DNA of 64,000 nucleotides from Neoconidiobolus thromboides FSU 785 (Eukaryota > Fungi > Entomophthoromycota). Below the pieces are notes generated by a model that was given only the letters and a program-made list of their open reading frames with translations, made no database searches and was not told the DNA's origin. Below, piece after piece: positions 1-13,249 of the stretch (position 1 is the stretch's first letter; each line of letters opens with the position of its first letter). The stretch lies in contig MU626376.1 in the NCBI GenBank assembly GCA_025603075.1, positions 1 to 64,000 of the forward strand. Reading direction: 5' to 3'. The translations under genes were made by a program, and so were the position numbers.

Positions 1-305
1 CTTAATGCCCTGCATCTCTATTATTCTTTTTGTATTTTTGTTTCTTTTATACTTTTTAAAAATTATATCTGTTTTCCCATTATTAACAGTCGAGTTATTA
101 ATTTTATTATGCTCGCAAATAAAAGCCTCAAATCTTGAAATTAATTGATTGATATCTTCTATTTTACCTAACGCTTCAAAACTACTTTTCCATTTTGAAA
201 GATTTCCAATATGTCCATCAACTATACTTTTCCCATGATGCTCAGCAAAAAAATTAAGATTAACATTCAAACTACTATTTATTTTATGAATTCCTTTAAA
301 CATAT

Positions 306-404
306 GGGGATGTATTTTTGTGTTTAAGAATTTTACTAATAATTTTTCCACCCAAATAGTGCTTAAAAGGTGGAAAAAATAATGAAGCCAAAAAAAACAT
401 CCTC
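306..404 (+). mobile_element. MITE-A copy
   Basis: GGGGATGTATTTTTG...AAAAACATCCTC; flanks ATAT/GTAC. Confidence 0.85.
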
Positions 405-419
405 GTACATTAGATTTTT

Positions 420-1400
420 GGAAAGACTGTATTAAGTATTATCAAAGATTTGTTATTTTACTAAATGAAAAGGGTTTAAACGAACTTTATATTTCTAATG
501 AATTTTTAAACACGCCGACTTTACTAGTAAAATTAATGCTATTTGATATTCAAACCAAGGTGGTAAAGACAATTTATCAACCACCTGAAAGATTTTGTAT
601 AAAGCAGCTTTTTGTTGATAACAATCAATTTTATTTTCTTAAAAGACAGCTTAAGTTAGAGTATTATATGAATTAGATTTAACAAACTATAAAATAAAAA
701 ATAGAATTGATTTTAAATATGGTATAGGTTTTTCTATTATAAAATTTGATAAATCAGTTTATTTTATTTTGAAAGACAGTAAAGTTCAAGTCAATATTTA
801 TGAGTTCTGTTCCAATTTAAACAATTAAACGCTATAGTTGCATTAAATAATGGAGGATGCTTTACTGCTTATAATGATTATTTGATAAAAACTCGTTTGG
901 TTATACTTTAATTAATATAAATAATCCTAATCATTCATCTAATAATAAATCATCTAAACTTATTTTTGATGTACTCTTTCAAGGGTCAAATGCCAATACA
1001 GATATTTCATATCACTAGTTGGGACTAAATAAGCGGTATGTTGGCATTGACTATTAATATAAATATAAATACAAGTAAGAATAAGAACAAAGATAAGGAG
1101 ATAAATAAAACAGGTTATAAGAACAATGATAGCTTGTTGATTGGAGGAATTGTGGGAGGAATAAGTAAAGTTATTTTAATTTCAATAGCTGTATTACCCA
1201 CATTATATAAATATCAAATAAAGAGAGACCTCTAAGTATGATTACTGAGCCTGTACATATTGAGTCAATCAATCCACTAGATGTTAACGATGATCATTAT
1301 AGTACTGAAATGTTTTCTTACTCATAAAAGATTAATGATAGCATCACTATACTACCTATGAAAACGTACGTCAAAGCTGCAAGAAATATAAATTTAATCA
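420..1400 (+). pseudogene. Kelch/beta-propeller TM family, copy A (decayed)
   Basis: Frameshifted segments align by eye to 58050-59480, including the LISFDIKTK region, TM helix (ORF 1038-1235) and tail (DHYSTEMFSYS...MKTYVKAA). Boundaries approximate. Confidence 0.8.
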
Positions 1401-1463
1401 ACCACGAGAATATGACTGGTAAATGTAAGGATATTAATTAAATATCAATAAATAACATTAAAT

Positions 1464-1562
1464 GGGGCTGTTTTTTTTGGCTTCATTATTTTTTCCATCT
1501 TTTAAGCGTTATTTGGGTGGAAAAATTGTTAGTAAAATTCCTAAATACAGAAATACATCCCC
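1464..1562 (-). mobile_element. MITE-A copy
   Basis: Reverse copy; direct flanks AAAT/AAAT. Confidence 0.9.
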
Positions 1563-1987
1563 AAATGTTCTTCCAATTTACAATTTTACTAAATATTGTG
1601 AATCGACTTATTAGCCTTAATTAGTTTAAGGGAGTTTCTATTTTAATTCAAAATTGAACACGTATAAAGAAAAAAGTGATGATAAATTGTTTATTAATAT
1701 TATCATTAAACTATGATAACTAAAGCCAAACTTTGTTTTATAATAATTAAATTACTTTTGTTTATATTTGGAGTATTTTTAATTTAGTTTACAAAATATA
1801 GTTTATAGTTTATTATTATACAGGGTTTTCAACCTAAAATTGAAGTTTATTTTTGTAACAGTAATTTAAAAGAAATTTTAGACCAAATTTTAAACATTTA
1901 AATTAGAATCAAATTTAAATATTTAAGTTTGCTGACTTTATTAATTCCAGAGCTAAAATGTTTTTAATAGAATAAAAATTGATCTAT

Positions 1988-2085
1988 GGGGATGTATTTT
2001 TGTGTTTAAGAATTTTACTAACAGTCTTTCCGTTCAAATAGCGTTTAAAAATGGAAAAAGTGATGAATCCAAAAAATATATCCCC
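1988..2085 (+). mobile_element. MITE-A copy
   Basis: Full length; flanks CTAT/ATAT. Confidence 0.9.
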
Positions 2086-2356
2086 ATATTTAATTTCAAA
2101 TGGTAATAAATTTAAAAAACCGGCCTAAATTTTTGTAAACCTGTGGCAACTTGAGTTGAAAGTGTTATATAAATTTTATCAGGAATTCGTTTTTCCAGAC
2201 TAGAAGTATCTAAGCTATAAAATACGAGGTAATTGAAAAGTTTTTAAATCTTTAACTAAATAAATAAAAGGATGGTAGCACTATCTTGAAAATGAATATA
2301 TTTTAGTAATATTTCACTAATAATGTTTTTGAATTTTCAAATATTAAGCAATAAAT

Positions 2357-2445
2357 GGGTTTTTTATTTCCACTTTTTCCATTTTTTAAGCGTTATTTGA
2401 ATAGAAAGACTCTCAGTAAAATTCTTAAATAAGAAAATACATCCC
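2357..2445 (-). mobile_element. MITE-A copy (small deletion)
   Basis: Reverse copy; flanks AAAT/AAAT. Confidence 0.85.
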
Positions 2446-3599
2446 AAATAGTTCTTTTAAATCGGCATAATTATGTTAAAAATAAATTCAAAATATTCAA
2501 CTATTTTTCAAAAATAAACTCGGTCTTTAAAAAACAAAATTTTTATCAAGTATTTGAAAAAATTTATTAATAATATTATATTTTTCAACTTTCAAAACAT
2601 AGCTTAGAAAGTACTATTTATTCGTTTACGATATGTTAAAATAGGAATTCAAACATCGAACTATACGGTTTTGAATATTTAAAGATAAAGCCTTGTCTTT
2701 AAATTTTTGCTATTGTTAATAAATTATTTTACATGTATTAAACTTAGTGATAAATTGATAGCCTAAAGTGGAATATTATAAGAATAAATTATTTAAAATT
2801 CATTATTAACAAATATATAAAATGAGGATTTAATAACACAAGTAATATTATTAATACATACAAAAAAAGTGATCCTTTAATTTAAAATAAAGCAATATAA
2901 TATCGATATAGAGTTTATTTAAGGTGGGATTGCGTGATATTATATTTTCTTATAGAATCTTTAATGACAATGGGCGGATTATTCTTAGTATTATAAAAAG
3001 GGATTTTTTACTAGTATTTTTTGCACAGTTATATAGCTTTATTAAAATGTTGAAGATAAGAATCTTTCCACATGTAAATTTACTAAGTAGTTATCTTTTA
3101 TTTTACTTAATGTGCACAGATTATTGGCATTCTGGTATATTCCTGGTATTATTATTTACTCAATGAGATTAAAATAGAATAACTTTTGTAAATAATAAAT
3201 ATGACAAGTTTTTAGTTTAATTATAATTTTATTTGCACAAAAAGATGAATTTAATATAAAGATAAAATAAAGGAGAATTTTGATCTAAAAATAAATATAG
3301 CAAATATGATAGAAAGGTTCAAACGTTTAATAAAAGGTTCAATGCTCGTATTTATAGTTTCAGCTGTAATTTATAAAAGGGTGATGTTATTTTTACAATA
3401 GATTTTATTATATTTTTAAATATGATGTAAATATCAGGGTGAAATGTTAAATCATGATAAAAATATTTGAAAATTAAACAATTTGATGGAAACTTGTAAA
3501 AATTTTATTAACATTAAATATACAGGGAGTTTTATGTAAACCAAATAATTATGGTACATTGATTCAGTTAAATAATAAAGTAGAAGGAAATTTAGATAT

Positions 3600-4019
3600 T
3601 CAATATGGAATAACTTTAGAGCATGACATCGTTGTCATCCAATATTCGGATATTCTTTGTTTAGGCTCATTATCGGATTCGCTGCTTAAAAGAGAGCTTA
3701 AATTAGGTGTCTTGGAGGAATAGTTAGAGTGATCTTTAGCTAATTTTTGTGTTCTTTGAGTGGTGACAGGTTCATTTATTTTGACAGATTTAGCTCTACG
3801 ATTTTGAAACCAAATCTGAATGGCTCTTTGTGGTAAATTTAATCGTTTGCCGAGATCCCTTCTAATAGCTAATAAAGGATTACAATCCTTCTTATATAAG
3901 GCTTCCAAAATCTCGAATTGCTCTTCAGTGAGCTTTGTCCTTGCTCTAACTACATTAGGAATGTAGGTACGTGGTTTAAATGGTTTAAGATTATCGACTT
4001 GGTTAAAAGAAACTTTCAT
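3600..4019 (-). CDS. Small non-TALE homeodomain transcription factor (139 aa)
   Basis: ATG start; canonical 60-aa spacing with L16, Y20, P26 and helix 3 IQIWFQNRRAK (Q50). Confidence 0.93.
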   Translation of the reverse strand: MKVSFNQVDNLKPFKPRTYIPNVVRARTKLTEEQFEILEALYKKDCNPLLAIRRDLGKRLNLPQRAIQIWFQNRRAKSVKINEPVTTQRTQKLAKDHSNYSSKTPNLSSLLSSESDNEPKQRISEYWMTTMSCSKVIPY

Positions 4020-7000
4020 TTTGTAACGAAGATTTGAAAAAAGTATTTAAATACTGTTATGATAAATATGCAAATTGTTTTTTAAAATTTTTGTATTTTC
4101 AGACCCTTTATATATCATTTCGTTATCTTAGTTAATACCAATTTTAAAGAGTTAATAAAACTTGACCAATCAAATAAAACGTTTAGATTAACATTATTTT
4201 TAGATAAGCATGATCAAGTAAAAAGCTATGACTTTAGCAATACAAATTTGGTATTTCTCTTAACTTACACAGAATTATTCATTTTATTTTGGTGATTTTA
4301 TAAAATTCCTGTTTTGATCACACTCTTCGTTTTGATATGAAAAGAATTTATAGATAATAATTAAAATAGTAAGTAAAACCCCTCATCCTTATTTGTTTAA
4401 ATGCCTATTCGCCCTATCAAATCATTTCATTTATATTTGTTTTTATAGTCTATTTGTAATTGAAAGTCTTAATGTAGTAAAGAAATGATAGCTTAAATAT
4501 GCATTGTTTATTTTACTTTAAGTCATATTTATAATATAACTTGTAATACGTAGCAGATATACATGTTATCATACTTAACCTGGAAGAATTACTTATAAGC
4601 TATAAAAGCATAGTGGTTTAGGTCCCGATTTGGCACTGAGATAGCTAAATGTGCTTGATTAGCGCTCATTACATTATGAATAAATGATAAAAACTGCAAA
4701 ATTCTAAATTAGAGTGGGGAAAACATATTACTATATTTAGCTTCAAGGTTTTATATGAGCCTATTTTAATTTATAATATTTCTAGACCTTTCAATATATT
4801 AAGCTCTAATTGCAAAGCTTTTAAAGATTAGGGGGAATGAAACTCAATAGGTTAACAACTGTGTATTTATGAAAATAAGGATTATATAATTTAAGTTTAA
4901 AGTAAAACATTAACCTTACTCTCTGTTGAAAGGGTGCTACAAATGCCAAGAAGGCTTAAAATAAGCTAGCCTACCTTTTTCACCCATATTTATTTAGGCT
5001 TAGTTGTACCAGTTACTGGTAAAATAGGCTTGAAATAATTATCTACAAGTTTTCGAATGCCATATTGCTTAAATGAGGAAAATTTTGATTTTATAGAGCT
5101 TATTTAGATATCTTCTGCTATGAGGAAAATAAAGTATTAGTAGGCAATGGAGTATAATCTCAGTAATAATTTTCTAGTGCAATTTTGTTAATATTGATAT
5201 TTTAGTTTATGTTAAATATTATATTTAAAGTATTTAATAGTATTACAAAAAATATTTTGATTTCTTAAGTGCTTTCAAATTCGGCCCGTTTTTTATGCTT
5301 AAAATAGCAATAAATTTCAACTCAGGCCATTTTATAGAAGTTTACTTAAGCTACTTTAAAACGCTTACAAACTGAGAACCCTGAGAATAGTTCTACCAAA
5401 GCTTCGCTCTTTTGATATAGTATTAGAAAAAATATTAACTTTAATGTTACTTAAAGCCAAGATTTATTACAACTGATAAAATTTATGATAGAATAGTTTT
5501 ATCTTTCAGTATTAAATAAATAGAACTTTGCATTTCTAGAATAATAGTGCATCAATTACATTAATAATAACAGTATTGACCATCAGCTTTATTAGCTTTT
5601 AAACAATGAGTTCATTAGCCATCAGGTGAAATTTACTACAGAATACATATTAGAAAGATATTTTGAATTTAGCGAATTCGTGTATTATAGATAAAAAAGT
5701 ATTGGTTTATCCGCTTAGATAAGAAATAAAACTTTTATACCACATTAGTATGCTCAATATTATGGGCTACGTGGGCATCTAAAATGCGAACATAAATTAC
5801 CATCACACTATGTAAGGAATAAATAAATATATCATTTTAAAATATACCCAATCAATGTATTATTACTTATCTTAAATGATGCTCAACCTAGTGATATTGA
5901 ACGAATATTAATTTATTAGACCTCACAAGCAGCTTAAATAACCTTAGTTGTGATATATATGACTATATTATAAGATTTATAAATTGATTTAATATATAAT
6001 CCTACGAAGAAGCGATAAACAGTGGTGTCTATTTAAAACCATAGTAAGTTTGCAATAAACGCAATTTTTGAGTATTTTTAAATTAGTACTTAGATTTAAT
6101 TTGATTATAACGCATGGTATGGAGCTTTATTCATGTTCTTATGATACCAAAGCACCTTTAGCTTAAAACATACCAAATGAGATTTTGAATTATATCATTA
6201 GTAATAAAAAATTTCAAAAGAGCAATTAATATATTTTGTTATAGAAAATGTATTACTCTGTTTTTAGTAATTTTGAATATTTTGATAAATAATTTATTAG
6301 TTTAATAAAAATAAAGGTTTAATGTCTAATAAACTGATAATTTATTTCATAATGATTTAGATTTCTTATCACACAGCTTTTTAAAAAGTAGAGCTTAAGG
6401 TTAAAGCAATTTGTTCAAAAATATTATTTGAGAAAATTGAATAAAATTTACATACAAACCTTTGCATATTCTAAAGATTTATTTATATCTATTATTCTGA
6501 ACTACTTATATTATTTATATCAATTATGTTTTATATCATAGTGTAGCACTTTATATATACATCATAGTGAAGTTGATAAAGTAATCATGTTAAAATGATA
6601 TATTGTAAAATAACTATAATAGATTTTACTTTCGGCTTAAAGATTAAACAAAAAATTATTGATTTCTTTGTAAAGTTTCTGTTAAGAGGAAAAACGATGA
6701 AGGGGGGAGATTATTAGACTTAAACCATTATAATATTACCAAAAAATTATGTACTTTCATCATATCAAGATAAAAAGTTTTAAACCCAAAAACCCTTTGG
6801 AAGTGACCTGTCATTAGTTCACAATCCGCATTTTATCTATTAAATATTTTATTATATGATACAAATGTTCAATTGAGTAAGTCAACAAACAATATGAGCT
6901 ATCAGGGGGAAGATTTGACAGATTTTTATGAAATAAAAAAATATAAACCCACTTAACCTTAAAAATTGTAGAGATCACATTGTGAGTTAAAAATAAATGT

Positions 7001-8780
7001 ACATTATAAACTATTCTAAAAATATATTATTAAATTATGGAGTAATTGCCTTTATCGTAAAGATAGAGAAAGACGCTGACAGAAATAATTGGATATGTTT
7101 TTGGTATGACTTTTAGTATAGGTAAAATGTTAATCCTTATCTATTGAAATGAAATTATTATTATCGAAATAAAACTTCAGGAATATATTTATTTTATAAT
7201 TCATGTAAATTTCTACAATATGTTATGCAATAAACATTACCTTATTTTATAAAATTATCATGTAAAAGTCAAATTTTATATGGTTCATAGCTTTACATTT
7301 AAATTAGAATGTTATAAACTTTACAAAATAATGTATTAGATATTTAGGTACTGTAGTTCCGATAAAATAGTATAGTCTGTTTATATCTTTTAACTTAAAA
7401 GCGGAGTATTATATATTACTTTTTGCAGTTTTTATAAAGTAAACATTAATTTAATAGGCCAATTAGTAGAAAATGGATAAATTGCAATTTTATTGTTTCA
7501 AACTATTTGTGAGCTATCTAGCGGTAGTTTTTGTAGTAAAAAAATTTGTCTAACTGAATTTCTGAAGCCTGATATTCTTATTCCAAATATTTCAACTTAA
7601 CTTTTTATCAAATAAACAGTTGAGTAATTCGCAAAGGAATTGAATTATCTGCAATGCTGCAAAATTTAATTTTATTTTACCAACCCCCGCTTTCAAGTAA
7701 TGGTAAATGAAATTACATCATAGGTCAAAAAATCGAAATTCATATTACTTTATTTAGTATTATTCGGAATTTTTCTAAAAGCTAATACCATTTTTTTTAA
7801 TATTACCTTTTTAACCAATTTATCCTCAATAATAATTTAAAAAGTTAAAAATAAATGTTAAAAAAATCAGGTGAATTTTAAAATAAATATTCAAGATTGG
7901 GCAAACGATATATAATATGAGCTATTGTTTTATTGTTTTGTAGCTCAGTTTTAGAAGTGTATATAAATTAATTGAAATTTTAAAAAGTGTTTCAAAAACA
8001 TTGGTTTATCTAGCAACGAAATGTGATAAATGTATCAGCTTCATTAAACCTTAATGTTGGAAGCTAAACAGCTTTTAGTTCTATTATTTATAGGGAATAT
8101 TTTATACTTTTTAACGTTTGTATCTCATATGAAGCGATCGATATTTAATAATAATATATTTAGTATTGATTTAGTTTTAGTATTTCAAACTGGAGATAAA
8201 GATTTAAAAGATACTTCTTTTGTAAAAATCTTGGAAGGGTTAAATTCCCAAGTGATTTATTGGTGGAGGTAAGAAAAGTTTAACATTGAAATATTAGATA
8301 ATACAAATGAGAAGCAAGGAAGTAGCGAGAGGGGAAAATGGAAAAAATAATCCCTTCTTGCTAAATTAAAATTAGTTAGGTAAAGTTACATACACTTAAA
8401 ACTTGAACATCTTACTTAGGCAAATAATATAAAATAACAGTCTTTAAACACTTAATGAAAACAATCATTGTATTTATTTTTTAATAACCATGGTAAATGA
8501 CAAATAAGTATAATAAAATACAAGTGATTTGATTTTAAAAAATATGGCTTAAAGAATTAACGAAAAGCGATTTTTAACTTAATTTTATTATCTTAATATT
8601 AACTTGTATATTTAAAAAACATTAACTAGAAATCCAAATATAAAAGCCATATCTTTATGTTTTTATGATAACAAAATCTAAACGTTCCCCTGTTTAAACT
8701 AACTACTTTGTATTTTTGTACTTATAACTTACAATAAACTTAACTTTTTTAACTTGATTGTAATTTTATTTTTACAATAT

Positions 8781-8885
8781 GGGGATATATTTTTGTGTTA
8801 AAGAATTTCATTATTTTTCCATCTTTTAAGCACTATTTGAACGGAAAAATTAGTAATGAAATTCTTAACACAAAAATACATCCCC
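8781..8885. mobile_element. MITE-A rearranged copy carrying two left ends
   Basis: ~36-bp near-perfect inverted arms (counting ATAT flanks) around a normal core. Confidence 0.85.
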
Positions 8886-9129
8886 ATATTTTATTAGGGG
8901 CGATTTTTAACTTTTAATATTTTTTAAAGCTTATTTAAATAAGGAATTCCTTTAGATATAACTTAATAAATAGTTCAAAGCTCAAAGTTTTATAATATTG
9001 TAAGGATTAATGAACTTATATAATGTTGAACAGGCTGTTATAAAACAAACAAATTTACTGAAACTACTTTTCATTAATAGCTAAATAAAAGACGATACTG
9101 TACTAAACTAAGTATAATTCGACCAATTG

Positions 9130-9200
9130 GATTAATTTTATTAACAATCTTTCCATTTAACGTTTAAAAAATGGAAAAACTGATGAAATCAAAGCACTCA
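9130..9200 (+). mobile_element. MITE-A truncated copy
   Basis: TTAACAATCTTTCC...TTAAAAAATGGAAAAACTGATGAAATCAAA core only. Confidence 0.6.
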
Positions 9201-9249
9201 TTCTAACACAGTTTTTAGCTTAAAAAAATCATATATATTTTTATTAGTA

Positions 9250-10660
9250 ACTTATTTTATGAAGCTAATGAAGTATTGTCAAGAGTATTTGGTGGCAGAT
9301 GTGGTGTATTGTAGTAGGAGGTGATTTGTATTAATTTGGTGAATATATAACCATTTCGAATTTAAATATATATAATAGGGAAATGTTTAAGATTTAAAAA
9401 AAGGAGTGAAATTAGTTGATAATACTATAGAATGGACTGTATATAATACAACTAATTTATCAAACCTTGTTCGCTTTTCATATGGAATTTTCTATAAAGA
9501 ATAAAACGTTGATGGTTTTTAACAATATTCATAGTGCAAATGTAAAGTATAATCAATTTAATATCAAAAAAAATGAGTGGGGAGCGAATATGCAATCAAG
9601 AAGGTCTATGAATTTGATTTTTCACCTAATTATGAAAAAGATAGGGTTAGTGACTATGTTTATTATAACATTTTATAGAGTGAGAAAAATTAAAGAAGAC
9701 TTTGCATTACTAACAAATTTTATTCAGCAGCATTTCCAACAAAAATAGTATCATTTGATATTCAAACTGAAGAAGTGAAAACAATCTATCAACCAAAAAG
9801 AGCCAATTCCATGATATTGCTATTTAGCAATAACAATAAAGTATATTATTTTAAAAACGTACCAGGGTTGGCTTCATATGCCATTATCGATATATTATAT
9901 GAATTGGATTTGACAACTTATAAAATAGACAAGTATAATACTAAATCCAGTAATCATACCAGCTTATCTATTGTAAAATTTAGTGGTTCGGTATATTTCA
10001 TCCTTGATGGTGATAGTGTCTAAACTGAGATTTGTGCGTTTCAATTTCCATTATTAAAATTTAAACAATCAAACATAAAACTTTTAATTAAAAATGAAAG
10101 ACGTCTTCTAAATATAACAACTATTTGGTAAATTCATCTGGCTCTATTCGACTTAATCAAAGCATTTTTGATAATACAAAAGATTCTACCAGATATAGAG
10201 GAACTGAAGATGAGATCTCAAATAAAGTCCAAGCGTTTGGTGTGAATACTTTCGAGGAAGTAGGCGGTATACCTCCGTTAAATAACAGTAATATTGGTAA
10301 TAGTATATAAATTAAAGGAATAGGTAATGTTCGAAATAATAGTATTTCGACAATTGGGGGTATCTTAGGGGGGATCATTTCAATTAGAGCGGTCGTGTTA
10401 TTTGTATCATATAAACACAAATCAAAGAAAAGACCTTCAAGTTATACTATTGATCATATTGTTATCGATCCAATCAATTGTTAGATGCTAATAGTGATTA
10501 TTACAATACTGCAATATTCAGCCATTCACAAGAAATTGACAAAGCTACTTCTATGTTATCTATAAAAGCGCTCATCAAAGCTTTAAGAGATGTAAATATA
10601 GATAAAACAAAACAAAATAAAACTGAACTGTTATTAAATTACATTTTATTTTTGTGCTAA
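9250..10660 (+). pseudogene. Kelch/beta-propeller TM family, copy B (frameshifted)
   Basis: ORF fragments 9467, 9775, 10125 and 10478 are colinear with the intact copy; tail DYYNTAIFSHSQEIDKATSML. Confidence 0.88.
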
Positions 10661-10873
10661 TTTTGATTTTTTTATTTATTGCATCTTTGGGTAAAGGTAA
10701 ACTAACCTTGAACTATTAAGAGTTATAAGAAGCAAACGCTATCAATGGTTAATAGTAAAACAAAAAGCCAGTACACCGTCATACTCATAAAGGTTAACAA
10801 AGTACTAGAAGTTCAAGCTTATAAAATTTAAATGCAACATTTGATTTCTGCTCTGATATTAGCACAAAATTAT

Positions 10874-10969
10874 AGGGATGTTTTTTTTGATTTTATCATT
10901 TTTTCCATTTTTTAAGCGTTATTTGAGTGGAAAGATTGTTAGTAAAATTAAACAAAAAAATACATCTTC
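10874..10969 (-). mobile_element. MITE-A copy
   Basis: Reverse copy with degraded ends. Confidence 0.85.
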
Positions 10970-11905
10970 ACTATAGTGAATTAAATTCTAAAATCTTCTT
11001 CAAAGTAGGGTCCTTACTATCCCTATTATAAATGATTACTTTAAATATTTTAATAAATTAAATGATGTCATAAGGGGGAAATTTAAGTATATATATATAA
11101 CATAATGTCTTTTTTGTAAAAAAGAAATCATAGTTGATAAATATTGACCCTATTTGTCATACTAGTAAAAGTCAGAGTTTATGCTATACTTTTCTTCTTA
11201 TATAGACGTCTAAAGGCCTTTACAATTGCCAATGGTAATACACCTTGAAGAATTTAACGACTGTATTGATAATTGTCATCAATAACTCCTACATTAAGTA
11301 TTTTATCATGGTAAAACATTCAGAAATAGCTTAGTTGTATTTTGATTATATTATAAATACAGTTAGATATATAAATCGTACTCTGTTATTATAAACTTGA
11401 AATTGAAAGCGTAATATAGCCACATAAGTTTATTAGCCTTATTATTGATATATTCATTAGCTTTATCATATAATACATATGCTGATACGAACCTTATATG
11501 CTCTTTAATGTATGTGCTAACGTATAAATCCGCAATATAATATGAAAATATACACTTAAACATTTAGTTATATCAAACTCATGATTTAAAGTGTAATAAT
11601 CTATTTTTTATTTCATTATCTTCTTTAAATCTAGTGATAATGAAAACATTTAAAATGGAAACAAAAGAGTCAGTAGTCTTTACTTTTAATTTTTTTAAAA
11701 ATTAGATGCTTATGAATCAAACTGATAAAAAGGTTTGGGTGATGACAAAGGGGACTTTGGTGGATTGGTTGTATGATGTGCCATCCGTTAGGCGTTTTAT
11801 AAGCTAATTTCACTCTTTTCTATAAACCTAGTTTAAATAGCTATTTATTACCATCATTAAATATGGAATATGTAGTACATGAATCAACTCATCTAAATAT
11901 CATAT

Positions 11906-12004
11906 GAGGATGTATTTTTGTGCTTAAGAACTTTACTAATAAATTTTCCACTCAAATAGCGCTTAAAAAATGGAAAAAATAATGAAATCAAAAAAACACT
12001 CCCA
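11906..12004 (+). mobile_element. MITE-A copy
   Basis: GAGGATGTATTTTTG start; flanks ATAT/ATAT. Confidence 0.9.
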
Positions 12005-12204
12005 ATATAGTATTTTAACCACATACATCTACCACTATCAACTCTTAGTGCTACTACTTTAATTTATAAAAAAACAACCAAAAAATAATAGAAATAGCAG
12101 TAGCTTAAAAATAAAATTGAGAAAATATTTGGCTGTGTTAGTGTATATTTTTGTATTTATTAAATGTCCCGCATGTTCTTATAGTATATCATAATTTATT
12201 AAAT

Positions 12205-12301
12205 AGAAGTGTTTTTTTTGACTTCATTATTTTTTCCATTTTTAAGCGCTATTTAAGCGGAAAAACTGTTAGTAAAATTCTTAAACATAAAATATATCCC
12301 C
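12205..12301 (-). mobile_element. MITE-A copy
   Basis: Reverse copy; flanks AAAT/AAAT. Confidence 0.88.
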
Positions 12302-13249
12302 AAATTATTAGGTTCAATAGTTGATTATAAAGATAAATTTTATCAATAAGATGTATTCTTACATATAACCTCTATTCCTTACCAGTTTTTAAAACTTTGC
12401 TAAATCTCAATATTAACATTTATTATTACATACTTTTTATGCTTAAGCCTTGGTACTTATAATTAATATATAAAAAGGTAAAATTCAACGATATAGTTGC
12501 TTAAGTCATATAAGACACATTTTATTAAATAAAGATATTTTTATTATAACTTTGTAACACATTATCAAAGCCTTTATTTTTGTTCTTGGATAACTTTTGT
12601 CAGATAACTAATAAAACAATACTATTTTGCTAAATGGTCAACTCATAAGAAGTTTTGAATAAAATTATTCAAAAACATATGGCAGTTTGCTTTAAGTTCA
12701 AGATAAAATTGTTATTTAAAATAACAATTTGTTTATTATTAAACCAACTTCAAAACTTTTACTTGGTCAAAATATCAAATTATTAGTACTATACAAATAG
12801 TATTTGGCTTTAGCAAATACTAATATTGTTTTAACAATTAATAAGTCTAATATTAGCTAAGAAAACATGAAATTTTATAAGTTTAAATAAAGATGTGTGA
12901 CAAGAAAAATACAGTTATGCTAGTTTAAACTATAGAATGGGATCAATTTAAGGCCATGAAACGTTTTAACCTTTTAATCAAATGTGCACCTGGAGCTATT
13001 ATTAGCATACAGTTATAAAAGTGAATAAATTCTATTGGTTAAATAAAATGCAGGACATGCTTTAAGGGATTGGCGATGAATTACTAAATTAAGCCATATA
13101 ATGTGGTTGAACTAATTTACTACCTATTAAAATGATTTTTAAAACACCGTTTCTTTGGTTTTCAGTCCCCCAGATTCTAATTGTATTCACACTATTATAA
13201 AATAATTTTTTCTAAGTTCAATATCTATCTGTAAGCAATATCTGTAAAC

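Noticed and set aside
4605-4660. tRNA-like A-box (TAGTGGTTTA)
   Set aside because: No B-box/T-arm and no cloverleaf.
11745-11830. C/D snoRNA (GTGATGA box)
   Set aside because: No downstream CTGA D box or terminal stem; the minus strand reads more like a decayed ORF.
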